A stretch of DNA of 64,000 nt from an uncultured Bacteroidales bacterium (GTDB lineage: Bacteria > Bacteroidota > Bacteroidia > Bacteroidales > VadinHA17), in NCBI GenBank assembly GCA_963733455.1, contig CAVTDE010000007.1, positions 44,854-108,853 on the forward strand, in the 5' to 3' direction. Below the pieces are notes generated by a model. That model ran no database searches and was not told the DNA's origin. It saw only the letters and a program-made list of their open reading frames with translations. Both the position numbers and the translations under genes were made by a program. Positions 38,541-48,528 of this stretch are shown here, one piece after another (position 1 is the stretch's first letter; each line of letters starts with the position of its first letter).

Positions 38541-39473
38541 CTACAGGATGTCTTTGAAATACTCGGCCACTGCTTCCCAATCGACAGTCTCATCCGGCGC
38601 CTTTCCTAACTTCTCATATAACTTCCTGCGGCTCTTTTTGTCATCAATGGCGATGGTCGCTGCAAAGTAAAGCACATCCTCGGCGACTTCGATCGGCACA
38701 ACCACAACCCCGTCCCAGTCACATCCGACAATATCACCGGGGCGAACCATTACGCCTCCGCAGGCCACAGGTACATTCACGTCCATCAACTCCACACGAC
38801 CCGGAATTATGGTCCGGCCTATCCCTCTGCAGGCGACAGGATTTTTCTGAAGGACGATCTCATCAGTATCCCTTGCATTGCCATCAGTAACTATACCGAC
38901 GACCCCGCTTGCCTGCATCCCCATTGAATTGTTCGAACCCCAGTAACCGCATTCCCGGGCCCCGTTGGTTGAGGTTACGATCACGCACCCGGGTTTTGTA
39001 CTTAGATTGGCATGCATACCCCCGGACTTGCTCCAAATGTCATGCTGCAGCAAGGCATCCTTACGGTCCATCACAGGCATTCGCCGGTTAGTCGGGATGA
39101 CACGCATGGTAACGGCTGGTCCCCAGAAACGCATACCCATCCACAATGGACGTATCGCAGGATCCATAAGTGTCAGATCGGCCCGTCCTATAGCATCGAG
39201 ACCGTCAGTTACATCAGTAACCCTCAGGAATTTATTGAACCTCGCAGCGATGGCATAGGGGTCCTTGCCCTGAGTGGATGCGGGTTTAACCTGGTCTGAG
39301 GTTTGGGAAACCGGGACAGCTGAAGCAAACGGTTGAGCTATTCCCATCCCTACGGCAGTGACGGCGGAGAGTTTCAGAAAGTCACGCCGGGATGAGGTAT
39401 TGGAGCTATCGGTTCCGTTTTGGACGCCGGAGGTGTCCCCGGTTAATTTAACAAAAGTGTTTTTTCTTTTCAT
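38541..39473 (-). CDS. RraA-family (RraA / HMG-CHA aldolase fold) protein with Tat signal
   Basis: SSRRDFLKLSAVTAVGMGIAQPFASA. The body carries RraA-like blocks (WGSNNSMGMQASGVVGIVTDGNARD..., VRPGDIVGCDWDGVVVVP). Confidence 0.7.
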   Translation of the reverse strand: MKRKNTFVKLTGDTSGVQNGTDSSNTSSRRDFLKLSAVTAVGMGIAQPFASAVPVSQTSDQVKPASTQGKDPYAIAARFNKFLRVTDVTDGLDAIGRADLTLMDPAIRPLWMGMRFWGPAVTMRVIPTNRRMPVMDRKDALLQHDIWSKSGGMHANLSTKPGCVIVTSTNGARECGYWGSNNSMGMQASGVVGIVTDGNARDTDEIVLQKNPVACRGIGRTIIPGRVELMDVNVPVACGGVMVRPGDIVGCDWDGVVVVPIEVAEDVLYFAATIAIDDKKSRRKLYEKLGKAPDETVDWEAVAEYFKDIL

Positions 39474-39524
39474 TTTCGGTTTGTTTCAATGTTTACGTAA
39501 ATTATCAAGGTCCAGTAAAAATAC

Positions 39525-40505
39525 TTATCGTGAGACAGATGTTTTATGAATAGCCCTGAGCAATGACTTTGAGCCGTGTGCATCTCCTCCCAACTGCCAG
39601 ATCATAACCCCGGAGGCTTTTTCTTTCGCAAGCTCAGTCTTCAGCTTTATGGTAGGAATACCGTTATAATACATAATATAGCCGTTATCCATATTCCATT
39701 GATCGACAGATTCAGAACCAGGGAACTCAGAGACGATCTTATTATAATCCATGGATTTAACAGGAGATACCGGTCCAAATCCATATCCATAGAAAGGTAA
39801 TCCAAGTACCATTTTTTCCCGTGGAATATTTCTTTCCGTTCCAAAGTACTCCAGGTCTTCCACAGCATCTCTATAAGAGGAATGCTGACCAGGTACTTCA
39901 GGTCGCCATGGCCCTGTACGGTCATAACACATGATATTGACAAAATCATATTGTGCCAGAGCCTTGTCGGAGAACTTATCTTTATAATAAACGGCAATAG
40001 CAGATGTGATCAATTTTTGGTGAAGTCTTAATTCACCTGCCAGCTCCGTAACAAAAACTTCATAATTTTCATCAATGTCTCTGCCCTCAAGATCAACATC
40101 AATTCCATCAAAATTATATCTGAGAACCTGTGAAAGTAAATTCTGAATAAAAAGAGGCCTTAAACTATCCAGCAAAAGCCTATGGTAATATGGGTGTTCA
40201 CCGCCTCCGGCGATTGAGAACAACACTTTTACATTATTTTTGTGAGCTTTGTTAATAAAATGTTCCAGGGGTGAAAGATCCTGAGTGAAATTTCCGAGTG
40301 TATCGGGGTTAAGAAAGAATAAATTAACATGGGTTAATCTTTTAAACGGAAATTTACCAAAGTGATTCATCGCTGACCGGAGGGAAAAATATCCAACAAC
40401 CCTGAAATCAGGATCTGTTTGCCTGGCATTTACCGGAATTATAAGAAACCCGCACATCAGGATGATGAAAAAAGTCTCTTTTCTCATAACCAATAGTTTA
40501 TTCAT
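39525..40505 (-). CDS. Glycoside hydrolase family 18 (chitinase / endo-beta-N-acetylglucosaminidase-like)
   Basis: FDGIDVDLEG (DxxDxDxE catalytic motif). Signal peptide. The start is ambiguous (ATG at 40529, 40505 or 40487). Confidence 0.85.
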   Translation of the reverse strand: MNKLLVMRKETFFIILMCGFLIIPVNARQTDPDFRVVGYFSLRSAMNHFGKFPFKRLTHVNLFFLNPDTLGNFTQDLSPLEHFINKAHKNNVKVLFSIAGGGEHPYYHRLLLDSLRPLFIQNLLSQVLRYNFDGIDVDLEGRDIDENYEVFVTELAGELRLHQKLITSAIAVYYKDKFSDKALAQYDFVNIMCYDRTGPWRPEVPGQHSSYRDAVEDLEYFGTERNIPREKMVLGLPFYGYGFGPVSPVKSMDYNKIVSEFPGSESVDQWNMDNGYIMYYNGIPTIKLKTELAKEKASGVMIWQLGGDAHGSKSLLRAIHKTSVSR

Positions 40506-40566
40506 AAAATGAGCTCCTGAATAATTCATATTCTTTATAAATAAGACACTTCAATAAATCTGTATT

Positions 40567-41814
40567 TTAAAGTTTCAATCGTATTCCCGACCTGATCAAA
40601 ATACCTGTAATAATCACACACAACAATGCAAATAAAGCGGATTTCACCAAACCGATGCCTCCTGTCAATATAACATCAGGTAAATGTATATCAAATAATT
40701 GTGTAGTTGCATAGGCAAAATATGGTATCAGATAACAAAGCAGGGTCGCTTTTCCTGCTGGCTTTATCACGTCAAACCATTTTGCTTTGCCCATTACATC
40801 TACAACCCAGTATACCGCTGTGAACGTCAGGATAGTAAAGGCACTGCAAAGGAATAACCATGCCGGGGTAGCTCCGAGCTTTGCCAATCCCCAATAAGGC
40901 CGGGTAACAATTGATAAACCAATCAGAATAGCCGAGAATACGAGGAATACCAGGGTCAACTTTTTATTATCCTTGCGCTTCACAAAATATTGGAATATTA
41001 AAGAAGTAAGCACGCCTCCCATAGTAAGGCCTGTAAGTGTACCTCCCCGGATCGCATCGGGTATATACGAAATTAGACTTTCGCGGGGAATGAGCACTGC
41101 TTTGGAAACCATACTTAAAATACAAAAAAACACCCACCCTGCTAATATTGCATAAAAATTGTTCTTTGAATAAATGGTAATCAGTCCGCTAACCAGGTAT
41201 GCCCATCCGATCAATCCCAATATACCCCACCACTGGGGTGCAAAGTGTTGAATATTACCATCTTCACCGCCCCTGTAAACAATACTTAAAGTTATTAATG
41301 TTATGATGCCAATCACCCTTGCAATCCAGACCAGATATTTATTCGAGGATGTGGGATAACTGTTCCATATCAGGATAAAGGATAAACAGCAAAGTGGATT
41401 CCAAAGATATTCTGCCATACCGGTCGCACTGGCATTATAGGTTTCCCCATTAACAAGGAATACTCCCATTACCAGAAGCGCTATCGTTCTAAGTAACACG
41501 TGTTTTACCAGCTGCCAGTTGGTATCGCCCTTTATTCGCCTGTTATTGATGGCAAAAGGGATGGATAATCCGACAATAAACAAAAATGCCGGAAAAACAA
41601 CATCGGCCAGACCTATTCCATCTACACCCCTTTCAACATGCTCCAACCATCCGGGTATATTCTTCAACGACCATAAGTCATTCACGAAAATCATCAGTAC
41701 CATTGTAAGCGCCCGGAGTATATCAATGGAGGCTATACGTTGAGTAGTTACCTGTCCTGCTTTATCATACAGATTTTCTTTAACCGGAGAAGGCGAAGTA
41801 TTCATTTGTATCAT
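40567..41814 (-). CDS. DUF5009 / heparan-alpha-glucosaminide N-acetyltransferase-like membrane acyltransferase
   Basis: RIASIDILRALTMVLMIFVND block and about 10 TM helices. Confidence 0.75.
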   Translation of the reverse strand: MIQMNTSPSPVKENLYDKAGQVTTQRIASIDILRALTMVLMIFVNDLWSLKNIPGWLEHVERGVDGIGLADVVFPAFLFIVGLSIPFAINNRRIKGDTNWQLVKHVLLRTIALLVMGVFLVNGETYNASATGMAEYLWNPLCCLSFILIWNSYPTSSNKYLVWIARVIGIITLITLSIVYRGGEDGNIQHFAPQWWGILGLIGWAYLVSGLITIYSKNNFYAILAGWVFFCILSMVSKAVLIPRESLISYIPDAIRGGTLTGLTMGGVLTSLIFQYFVKRKDNKKLTLVFLVFSAILIGLSIVTRPYWGLAKLGATPAWLFLCSAFTILTFTAVYWVVDVMGKAKWFDVIKPAGKATLLCYLIPYFAYATTQLFDIHLPDVILTGGIGLVKSALFALLCVIITGILIRSGIRLKL

Positions 41815-41889
41815 GGTTATAGTCTGTTAATTGAATAAAGTTATATCCCAGTACCCGGAAAATAAATTGTTTTTGATTCATTTCTGTTC

Positions 41890-43439
41890 TCAGGTGACAG
41901 GTCCCGGATTAAATAACACCAGATCATTATGTAATCCTATTTTATCACAGGCAACTTGTTTTTCACCGCTGGCGACATTTAAAATCAAATGAAAGAGTTC
42001 CCATCCCATTTCTTCAATTGTTTTTTGTCCCAGCGCTACCTGTCCTGCATCAAGATCAATCAAATCAAACCAGCGACTACTCATCTTTGAATTTGATCCA
42101 ACTTTTATTACCGGCACCATAGACAATCCATAAGGAGTTCCCCGGCCGGTCATAAAAACGTGGACATTCATCCCCGAAGCCAGTTGTAATGTTCCACATA
42201 TAAAATCGCTGGCAGGCGTGGCTGCAAAGGTCAATCCTTTTTTCCTGATCTTCTCGCCGGGGGCCAACACATCCACAATATGGCTGGTTCCTGATTTTGC
42301 TATTGATCCAAGAGCCTTTTCGACAATATTACTTAATCCTCCGCTTTTATTCCCGGGTGTCGGATTGGCACTCCGGTCCGAATCTCCTTTAAAAAGGTAT
42401 TCATCATACCATTTCATTTCATTTATAAGGGCTTGTCCGACTGATGAATTTATTGTTCTTGGAACCAATAAATGGACTGCATCCCTTACTTCCGTTACTT
42501 CAGAAAACATAACGCTTCCACCTGCACGAACAATTAAATCTGCAGCAAATCCTGCAACCGGATTTGAAGTAATCCCGGAAAAGGCATCACTCCCTCCGCA
42601 CTGCATCCCTACTATTAATTCTGAGGCAGGAACAATTTCTCTTTCCCGTTTATTAAGTTCTTTCAAATGCTCTTCAGCCAATATCATTGCCCCTTTTATC
42701 ATATCATTGAATCCTTTAAAGGATTCATCCTGCATCTTCATAACATTTGAAACATAGTTCCATGAGGTCTCTGATGATTGATCTAATTCAGGAAGAAGTT
42801 TATCCGGTAACAATTTCTCGCATCCAAGTCCGATAATCAAAATTCTTCCGCCAAAATTCGGATTCCTGGCAATGTTTTTTATTGTCCTTATCGGAATGAC
42901 AGCCCCCGGAGCATTAATTGCCACACCACATCCATAGTATGATTCAAAGGTATCACATCATCCACTCTGGGATACTTTGGCAGTAATTCATCTTTTATCT
43001 TTTTGGCAACATAACTGGTAAAACCAGTGACGCAATTGACAATGGAGGTAATCCCCAGAATATTTTTTGTCCCTACGCTGCCGTCAGGATTGCGAAAACC
43101 TTTAAATACATAACCTTCCAATGGCTGTGACTCAGGCTTCGGATTAACAGCTAACGGTATGGAATCCAGATCAGGTGGTTGCGGAAGAGAAACCAGGGAT
43201 TCCCGGACCCATTCTCCACGCCTGATCAGTTTGTTCGCATAACCGATTACCTGGCTGTATCTGATAATTTTATCGCCACCATATATATCATTTAAAGCTA
43301 CTTTGTGCCCGATCGGGACATTTTCAGATAACTGTGTGCCATCTTCAAGAATAGTCCCTCCGGGTAATCCGTTAAGATTGACCACAATCCCGACGTTATC
43401 TGCTTTCGCTCTTTTAATTATTATTGGTTTCTCCGGCAT
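41890..43439 (-). pseudogene. garD: Galactarate dehydratase (GarD, UxaA family), 1-nt frameshift
   Basis: Collinear with my recollection of E. coli GarD over the full length (NVGIVVN..GHKVAL..IIRY..VIGYA; [11 protein letters not shown]; TEVRDA; [24 protein letters not shown]; FNPGPVT*). The two ORFs (42888..43439 and 41890..42924) overlap in different frames inside the conserved [14 protein letters not shown] block near 42930-42940. The span is 1550 nt (3n+2). Confidence 0.85.
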
Positions 43440-43477
43440 TTTATATTATATTATCAACCAATGACATACACTACATT

Positions 43478-44383
43478 CTATTTCAATAATCCCATTTCTA
43501 TCAGAACTTGCCTGAGCTTTGCCCTTTCGTCATCTGTCATAGGCCCAACCGGTCCCATGCAGGGACCGGCTTCGATCCCCAACATAATAAGGGATTCCTT
43601 AATAACCGCAGGAAAGGTACCAAGTGTAAAAGCAATCCTGAGAGGAGCCAGAGTGAACTGTGCCTTTAAGGAGCCTTTTAAATCCCCGGCAATGAACTTT
43701 TCATAGATATCTACGCACAACTTTGGTGCAACGTTGGCGCACGATGCAATAGAGCCGGCAGCGCCATAGCAAAGTGCACCATAGATCAGAGTGTCGCGCC
43801 CCATCAGTACTGAAAAATCGTCCATGTGCCGGGTTAATCGAATATATTCGGCAGTCACAGTCAAATCGCCTGAGGAATCCTTAATACCGACAATATTTGG
43901 AACTTCAGCCAGTTTTGCTACTGTTGCCGGGGCAAGGTTTACTGATGTTTTTGGGGGATTGTTGTAAAGTACTATTGAAAGACCTGTGTTTTCTGCAATA
44001 GTCCGGTAATGCTTAATCAATTGATCCTGAGAAGGTGAAATAAACATTGGTGTTAAAATGGAAACCGCGTCAACCCCGCATTCTTCTGCTAATTGGGTCA
44101 GCATCACTGTTTCGCGGGTTGTGATACCATTTGTTCCGGCATAAACAGGTACCCTTCCTTTAGTCTCATCCATTGTGATACTAAAGATTTCGCGCTTTTC
44201 TTCAGGTGTCAGCCCGTAAAATTCGCCCGTTGTCCCAACAACAAACAGACCATGCACACCTCCTTCAATCAGGTAATTTAACAATTTGCGCATGGCTTTT
44301 TCGTTGAACTTACCCTCATCGGTGAGAGGGGTTATAACTGCGGGGATTATGCCTTTCGGTTTAAATCCTGTTTTCTTTCCCAT
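43478..44383 (-). CDS. Dihydrodipicolinate synthase/N-acetylneuraminate lyase family (class I aldolase/dehydratase) protein
   Basis: GTTGEF, YNNP, and IVGIKDSSGD (Schiff-base Lys context). 301 aa and intact. Confidence 0.85.
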   Translation of the reverse strand: MGKKTGFKPKGIIPAVITPLTDEGKFNEKAMRKLLNYLIEGGVHGLFVVGTTGEFYGLTPEEKREIFSITMDETKGRVPVYAGTNGITTRETVMLTQLAEECGVDAVSILTPMFISPSQDQLIKHYRTIAENTGLSIVLYNNPPKTSVNLAPATVAKLAEVPNIVGIKDSSGDLTVTAEYIRLTRHMDDFSVLMGRDTLIYGALCYGAAGSIASCANVAPKLCVDIYEKFIAGDLKGSLKAQFTLAPLRIAFTLGTFPAVIKESLIMLGIEAGPCMGPVGPMTDDERAKLRQVLIEMGLLK

Positions 44384-44435
44384 TATATTATTTGTTATCT
44401 TTTATTTAATCCAAAGGGCTGTCTCTTAATTCTAC

Positions 44436-44563
44436 TTAACCGCAAAGTTCTCAAAGTTGTCGGAAAGTTCGTAAAGTTAAGATACTTATTTACTATTCTT
44501 TGCGATCTTAGGTTTGAAATCATAGCGTGCTTTGCGGTTAATGGATTTTGATTCTTTAAACAG
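44436..44563. repeat. Short copy of the TTAACCGCAAAG...CTTTGCGGTTAA palindromic element
   Basis: ttaaccgcaaagttctcaaag...gtgctttgcggttaatggattttgattctttaaaca. It lies between the gudD stop and the DHDPS-like start. Confidence 0.7.
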
Positions 44564-44577
44564 GATTCTATTAAATT

Positions 44578-45925
44578 TTAACGAACAAGGCAAGGTCTCT
44601 TATTGTCAAATTTCCATCCTGGTATCAGGTATTGCATGGCCATGGAGTCGTCCCTTGCCCCAAGTCCTTTTTCCATATAAAGTTTATTTGCTTTTTCAAT
44701 TTGATCCATATCAATTTCAATTCCCAGACCTGGTTTGTCAGGTACAGAAATCATTCCGCCAGTAATTTTAAGAGGTTCTCTGGTTAAACGTTCCTGTCCT
44801 TCCTGCCAGATCCAGTGTGTATCCAAAGCAGTAATTTTACCGGGTGCTGCAGCCCCGGCATGAACAATCATTGCAAGCGATATATCAAAATGATTATTGG
44901 AATGTGAACCCCATGTTAATCCCCATTCCTGACAAATCTGGGCAACACGTACCGCACCCTGCATTGTCCAGAAATGCGGATCGGCCAATGGAATATCTAC
45001 CGCATGCAATTGAATTGAGTGTCCCAGCTGACGCCAGTCAGTAGCGATCATATTTGTGGCTGTCATCAGGCCTGTTGCCCGCCTGAATTCTGCCATTATT
45101 TCACGTCCTGAGTAACCATTTTCCGCACCGCAGGGGTCTTCTACATAGGCAAGTATATCGTGCTTATTCCTGCATAACTTTATAGCCTCATCAAGCGACC
45201 ATGCTCCATTAGGGTCTATCGTGATCCTGGCATCGGGAAAACGATCAGCGAGTGCAACCACCGCTTCCATTTCCTTGCTACCGCTCATTACCCCGCCTTT
45301 CAGCTTAAAGTCTTTAAAACCATAGCGTTGTTGAGCCGCTTCTGCCAGCCGTACAATTGCTTCAGGGGTCAGGGCAGCTTCACTCCGCAATCTTAACCAG
45401 TCATCCTTGTGATTTGAGGTGTTCAGATATGGCAAATCGGTTTTTTTGCTGGTCGCCAATATAAAATAAATAGCCAAGCATCTCCACCTTTTGACGCTGC
45501 TGGCCTGTGCCAAGCAAGGCGGCAACAGGAACACCAAGGAACTGGCCAAGAAGATCCAGTAATGAAGTTTCAAGTGCTGTTATGGCATGAATAACAATTC
45601 GTAAATCGAAGGTCTGTAATCCACGCCCCCCGGAATCCCTGTCACCAAACTGTTTTCTGACATCGTTAAGGATATCATTATAAGAACCTATAGATTTGTT
45701 AATTACAAATGTTTTTGAATCTTCCAGAACCTGCCGGATACGATCTCCTCCGGGAACTTCACTTACACCTGTGTGTCCGGCATTATCTTTTAAAATTACA
45801 ACATTCCTTGTAAAGAAAGGGCTATGGGCACCGCTAAGGTTAAGCAGCATGCTGTCGTAGCCGGCAACCGGGATCACCAACATTTCAGTTACCACCGGTG
45901 CTCCTTTAAAATTCTCCATGTCCAT
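44578..45925 (-). pseudogene. gudD: Glucarate dehydratase (GudD, enolase superfamily), 1-nt frameshift
   Basis: Near-collinear with my recollection of E. coli GudD (FKLKGGV..., [100 protein letters not shown]). ORFs 45401..45925 and 44578..45573 switch frame at the T7 run 45441-45447. The span is 1348 nt (3n+1). Confidence 0.9.
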
Positions 45926-45954
45926 ACGATTTTTAGAAATTCTGATTCTCTAAT

Positions 45955-46143
45955 TTGTGATCTCTGATCTCCGTGCTCTGCGTCCTTCGCTCTGCGCTCT
46001 CTGCTCTGGCTCTACCTTCGCTCCTCCGGTAGCTCGGTGGCAATGCTGTGCCCCACCTTCGCCTCCCTCCGGTCAGCTTCGGTGGGCAAAGCCTGTGCCC
46101 TGTGCTCTGTGCTCTGTGCCCTGTGCCCTTCGCCCTGCGCCCT
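45955..46143. repeat. Strand-asymmetric pyrimidine-rich 7-mer repeat tract between gudD and garR
   Basis: Five tandem CTGTGC[CT] units at about 46091-46127, preceded by ctctgcg/cttcgct-type 7-mers. GGTGG...CCACC...GGTGG allows alternative hairpins. The track ORFs here read like translated repeat. Confidence 0.7.
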
Positions 46144-47032
46144 TTATCGTCTGACTTCAACTTTTGCTAGTTTTTCGTAGTACCGGACAATGCTTCCATG
46201 GTCATTTTCTCCCAGACCATCAACCTTAAGTGCCTGCAAAATTTCCATTACTGCTGATGTAAGCGGTAAGGGGACGCCGATTTCATGCGATGTATCCAAT
46301 GCATTGCTCAAATCTTTGATATGCAGGTTTATCCTGAATCCGGGATTAAACTTTCTGTCCATCACCAATGGTGCCTTTGCATCCAATACGGTGCTTCCGG
46401 CAAGCCCGCCTCTTATCGCCTGATAAACAAGCTCGGGTTCAACACCGGCTTTAGTTGCCAAAACCAGCGCCTCCGACATTGCTGCTATATTAAGGGCTAC
46501 AATAATTTGATTTGCGAGTTTGGTAACATTACCGGCGCCAATACTACCGGTATGTACTACCGAACCGGCCATAGCTTTAAGGATGGGATAGCATCTGTCA
46601 AAAACATCTTTTTTACCTCCTACCATAACCGAAAGAGTGCCGTCAATTGCCTTTGGTTCACCTCCACTTACCGGAGCATCCAGCATTTCCACACCTATTC
46701 CTTCAAGTTTTTGGTATAATTCCCTGCTTACGATTGGAGATATTGAGCTCATATCAATAAATACAGAACCGTCTTTTAAACTCTCCAGCAATCCGTTTTT
46801 TCCAAGCACAACTTCTTTAACATGTGGGGAATTAGGCAACATTGTAATTATAAACTCACATTTGGCTCCAACTTCTTTGGGATTTGTAGCTCTTCTCAGC
46901 GCCCATGGAAACAAGTTCGTCCATGGAGCTTTGATTTAAATCAAGTATAACTAGTTTGTATCCTGCCTTTAAAAGATTTTTAGCCATCGGTTTACCCATG
47001 ATCCCCAAACCAATAAATCCTATTTTAAACAT
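46144..47032 (-). pseudogene. garR: 2-hydroxy-3-oxopropionate (tartronate semialdehyde) reductase GarR, 1-nt frameshift
   Basis: ORF 46144..46914 matches my recollection of E. coli GarR almost residue for residue in places (ITMLPNSPHVKEV, DAPVSGGEPKAIDGTLSVMVGG, AGNVTKLANQ.IVALNIAAMSEAL.LATKAG, YYEKLAKVEV.R*). The Rossmann N-terminus MFKIGFIGLGIMGKPMAKNLLKAGY starts at the ATG at 47032 in another frame. The junction is near 46889-46900. The span is 889 nt (3n+1). Confidence 0.9.
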
Positions 47033-47070
47033 AATGTGTCCTCCTGTTATTTTGTATTAGTGTCGTCTGA

Positions 47071-48414
47071 TTATATCTTCTTAAGTTCAAAACGCTGAAT
47101 TTTCCCCACAATAAATACATAACTTACAATTGCCAGAAATGCATGAATGCTGACAAAAACCAGTGCCCAGCTAAACGAACCTGTAACCTTGATTATGTAA
47201 CCAATCGCTATCGGGGTTATAATGCTTGATAGATTTCCAAAGGTGTTAAAGAGGGAACCGCTTAACCCTGTGATTTCCTTAGGTGCTGTGTCGGCATTGA
47301 CCGCCCATCCGAGAGCTCCGACTCCCTTGCCAAAATACGATAATGCCATAAATGCAATTACAATCCATTCAACAGCAGTATAATTGCAGAAAATCATGCT
47401 CATGGATAATAACATACCTGTAACAATAGGCACTTTTCTTGCAACCGAAAGTGAATTGCCTTTTTTAAGCAGATAATCTGAGAATATACCTCCAAGATTC
47501 CCTCCGACAAAACCAAAAATTGCAGGTAATACGGCAACTATTCCGGCTTTAAGAATAGTCATTCCCCGGTCCTGAACCAGATAAACAGGAAACCAGGTAA
47601 TGAAAAAAAATGTAATGGCATTAATGCAGTATTGAGCAATATAAACACCTATAAACATACGGTTTTTTAAAAGCTGTTTAAGAAAGCGCCATGCCGGGGC
47701 ATCGTTAACAACTTTATTGTTTTTAACTCCATGGTCCATTTCAACAAGGGCTCCACCATTCGTAATATACTCCAGTTCTGCCTGATTAATGTATCGTGAT
47801 TTCTTTGGTGCATGAATATACTTTAGCCAGAAGATCAGAAAAATAAAACCTACCGACCCCATGAACATAAATGAATACTTCCACCCATAGGTGTGAACGA
47901 TATATCCTAACAGGGGGGCAAAAAGCACTGTCGCAAAATATTGGGCTGAATTAAATATAGCAGCTGCCGTACCTGTTTCTTTTGAAGGGAACCAGGCAAC
48001 CGTAATTCTGCTGTTTGCCGGAAATGCCGGTGCTTCGGCTATACCCAAAAGGAACCTTAAAATGAATAGAGCAACAACTGCCGAAAAACCAACAAGGAAA
48101 CTCGTAAAACCCGTTATAAATGTAAAAAAAGACCATACGAAAAGACTGATAGCATATATTTTCCTCGATCCAAAACGGTCCAGAAGCCATCCTCCGGGAA
48201 GTTGCGCCAGGACATACGACCAACCGAATGCTGAAAAAATATATCCCATTGACACGGAATCCAAATGCAGGCTCTTAGCCAATGCAGGACCAGCAATTGA
48301 AAGAACCGTACGGTCTGCGTAATTTATTGCCGTTGCAAAAAAAAGTAAACTCACAATGACCCAGCGGAAATTACTTTTCTTTGATTCTTCCATTAACTGG
48401 TTCTTAGAGGCCAT
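47071..48414 (-). CDS. MFS transporter, anion:cation symporter type (glucarate/galactarate permease-like)
   Basis: 12 TM helices. INYADRTVLSIAGP block as in GudP/GarP/DgoT-type permeases. Operon context. The ATG at 48414 is preferred over the longer track ORF. Confidence 0.85.
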   Translation of the reverse strand: MASKNQLMEESKKSNFRWVIVSLLFFATAINYADRTVLSIAGPALAKSLHLDSVSMGYIFSAFGWSYVLAQLPGGWLLDRFGSRKIYAISLFVWSFFTFITGFTSFLVGFSAVVALFILRFLLGIAEAPAFPANSRITVAWFPSKETGTAAAIFNSAQYFATVLFAPLLGYIVHTYGWKYSFMFMGSVGFIFLIFWLKYIHAPKKSRYINQAELEYITNGGALVEMDHGVKNNKVVNDAPAWRFLKQLLKNRMFIGVYIAQYCINAITFFFITWFPVYLVQDRGMTILKAGIVAVLPAIFGFVGGNLGGIFSDYLLKKGNSLSVARKVPIVTGMLLSMSMIFCNYTAVEWIVIAFMALSYFGKGVGALGWAVNADTAPKEITGLSGSLFNTFGNLSSIITPIAIGYIIKVTGSFSWALVFVSIHAFLAIVSYVFIVGKIQRFELKKI

Positions 48415-48528
48415 TTCGATATATTTGGTTTGGTTCGGTTTCTCTGTAATTAGTGAACTCAAAAATAGAGTTTTTATTAACGCTCGGGTCTCCACCGGGC
48501 AATTTTTTAACGTGCGGCCCCCCGGAGT

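Noticed and set aside
38909-39299. Plus-strand ORFs 38909..39091, 38965..39258 and 39012..39299, plus the similar antisense sets inside garD (42218..42757), garR (46190..46939) and the first ORF (561..1881)
   Set aside because: They overlap strongly supported genes on the opposite strand. They are a typical antisense by-product of locally GC-richer coding sequence.
41890-43439. Natural two-subunit (split) UxaA/GarD arrangement
   Set aside because: The two ORFs overlap by 37 nt in different frames. The break falls inside the contiguous conserved [11 protein letters not shown] block rather than at a domain boundary with its own start signal.
45933-46160. ORFs 45933..46160 (-) and 45957..46154 (+) between gudD and garR
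   Set aside because: Both read through the heptamer repeat tract and give repetitive Arg/Ser/Cys-rich strings. They have no start context and overlap each other in antisense.
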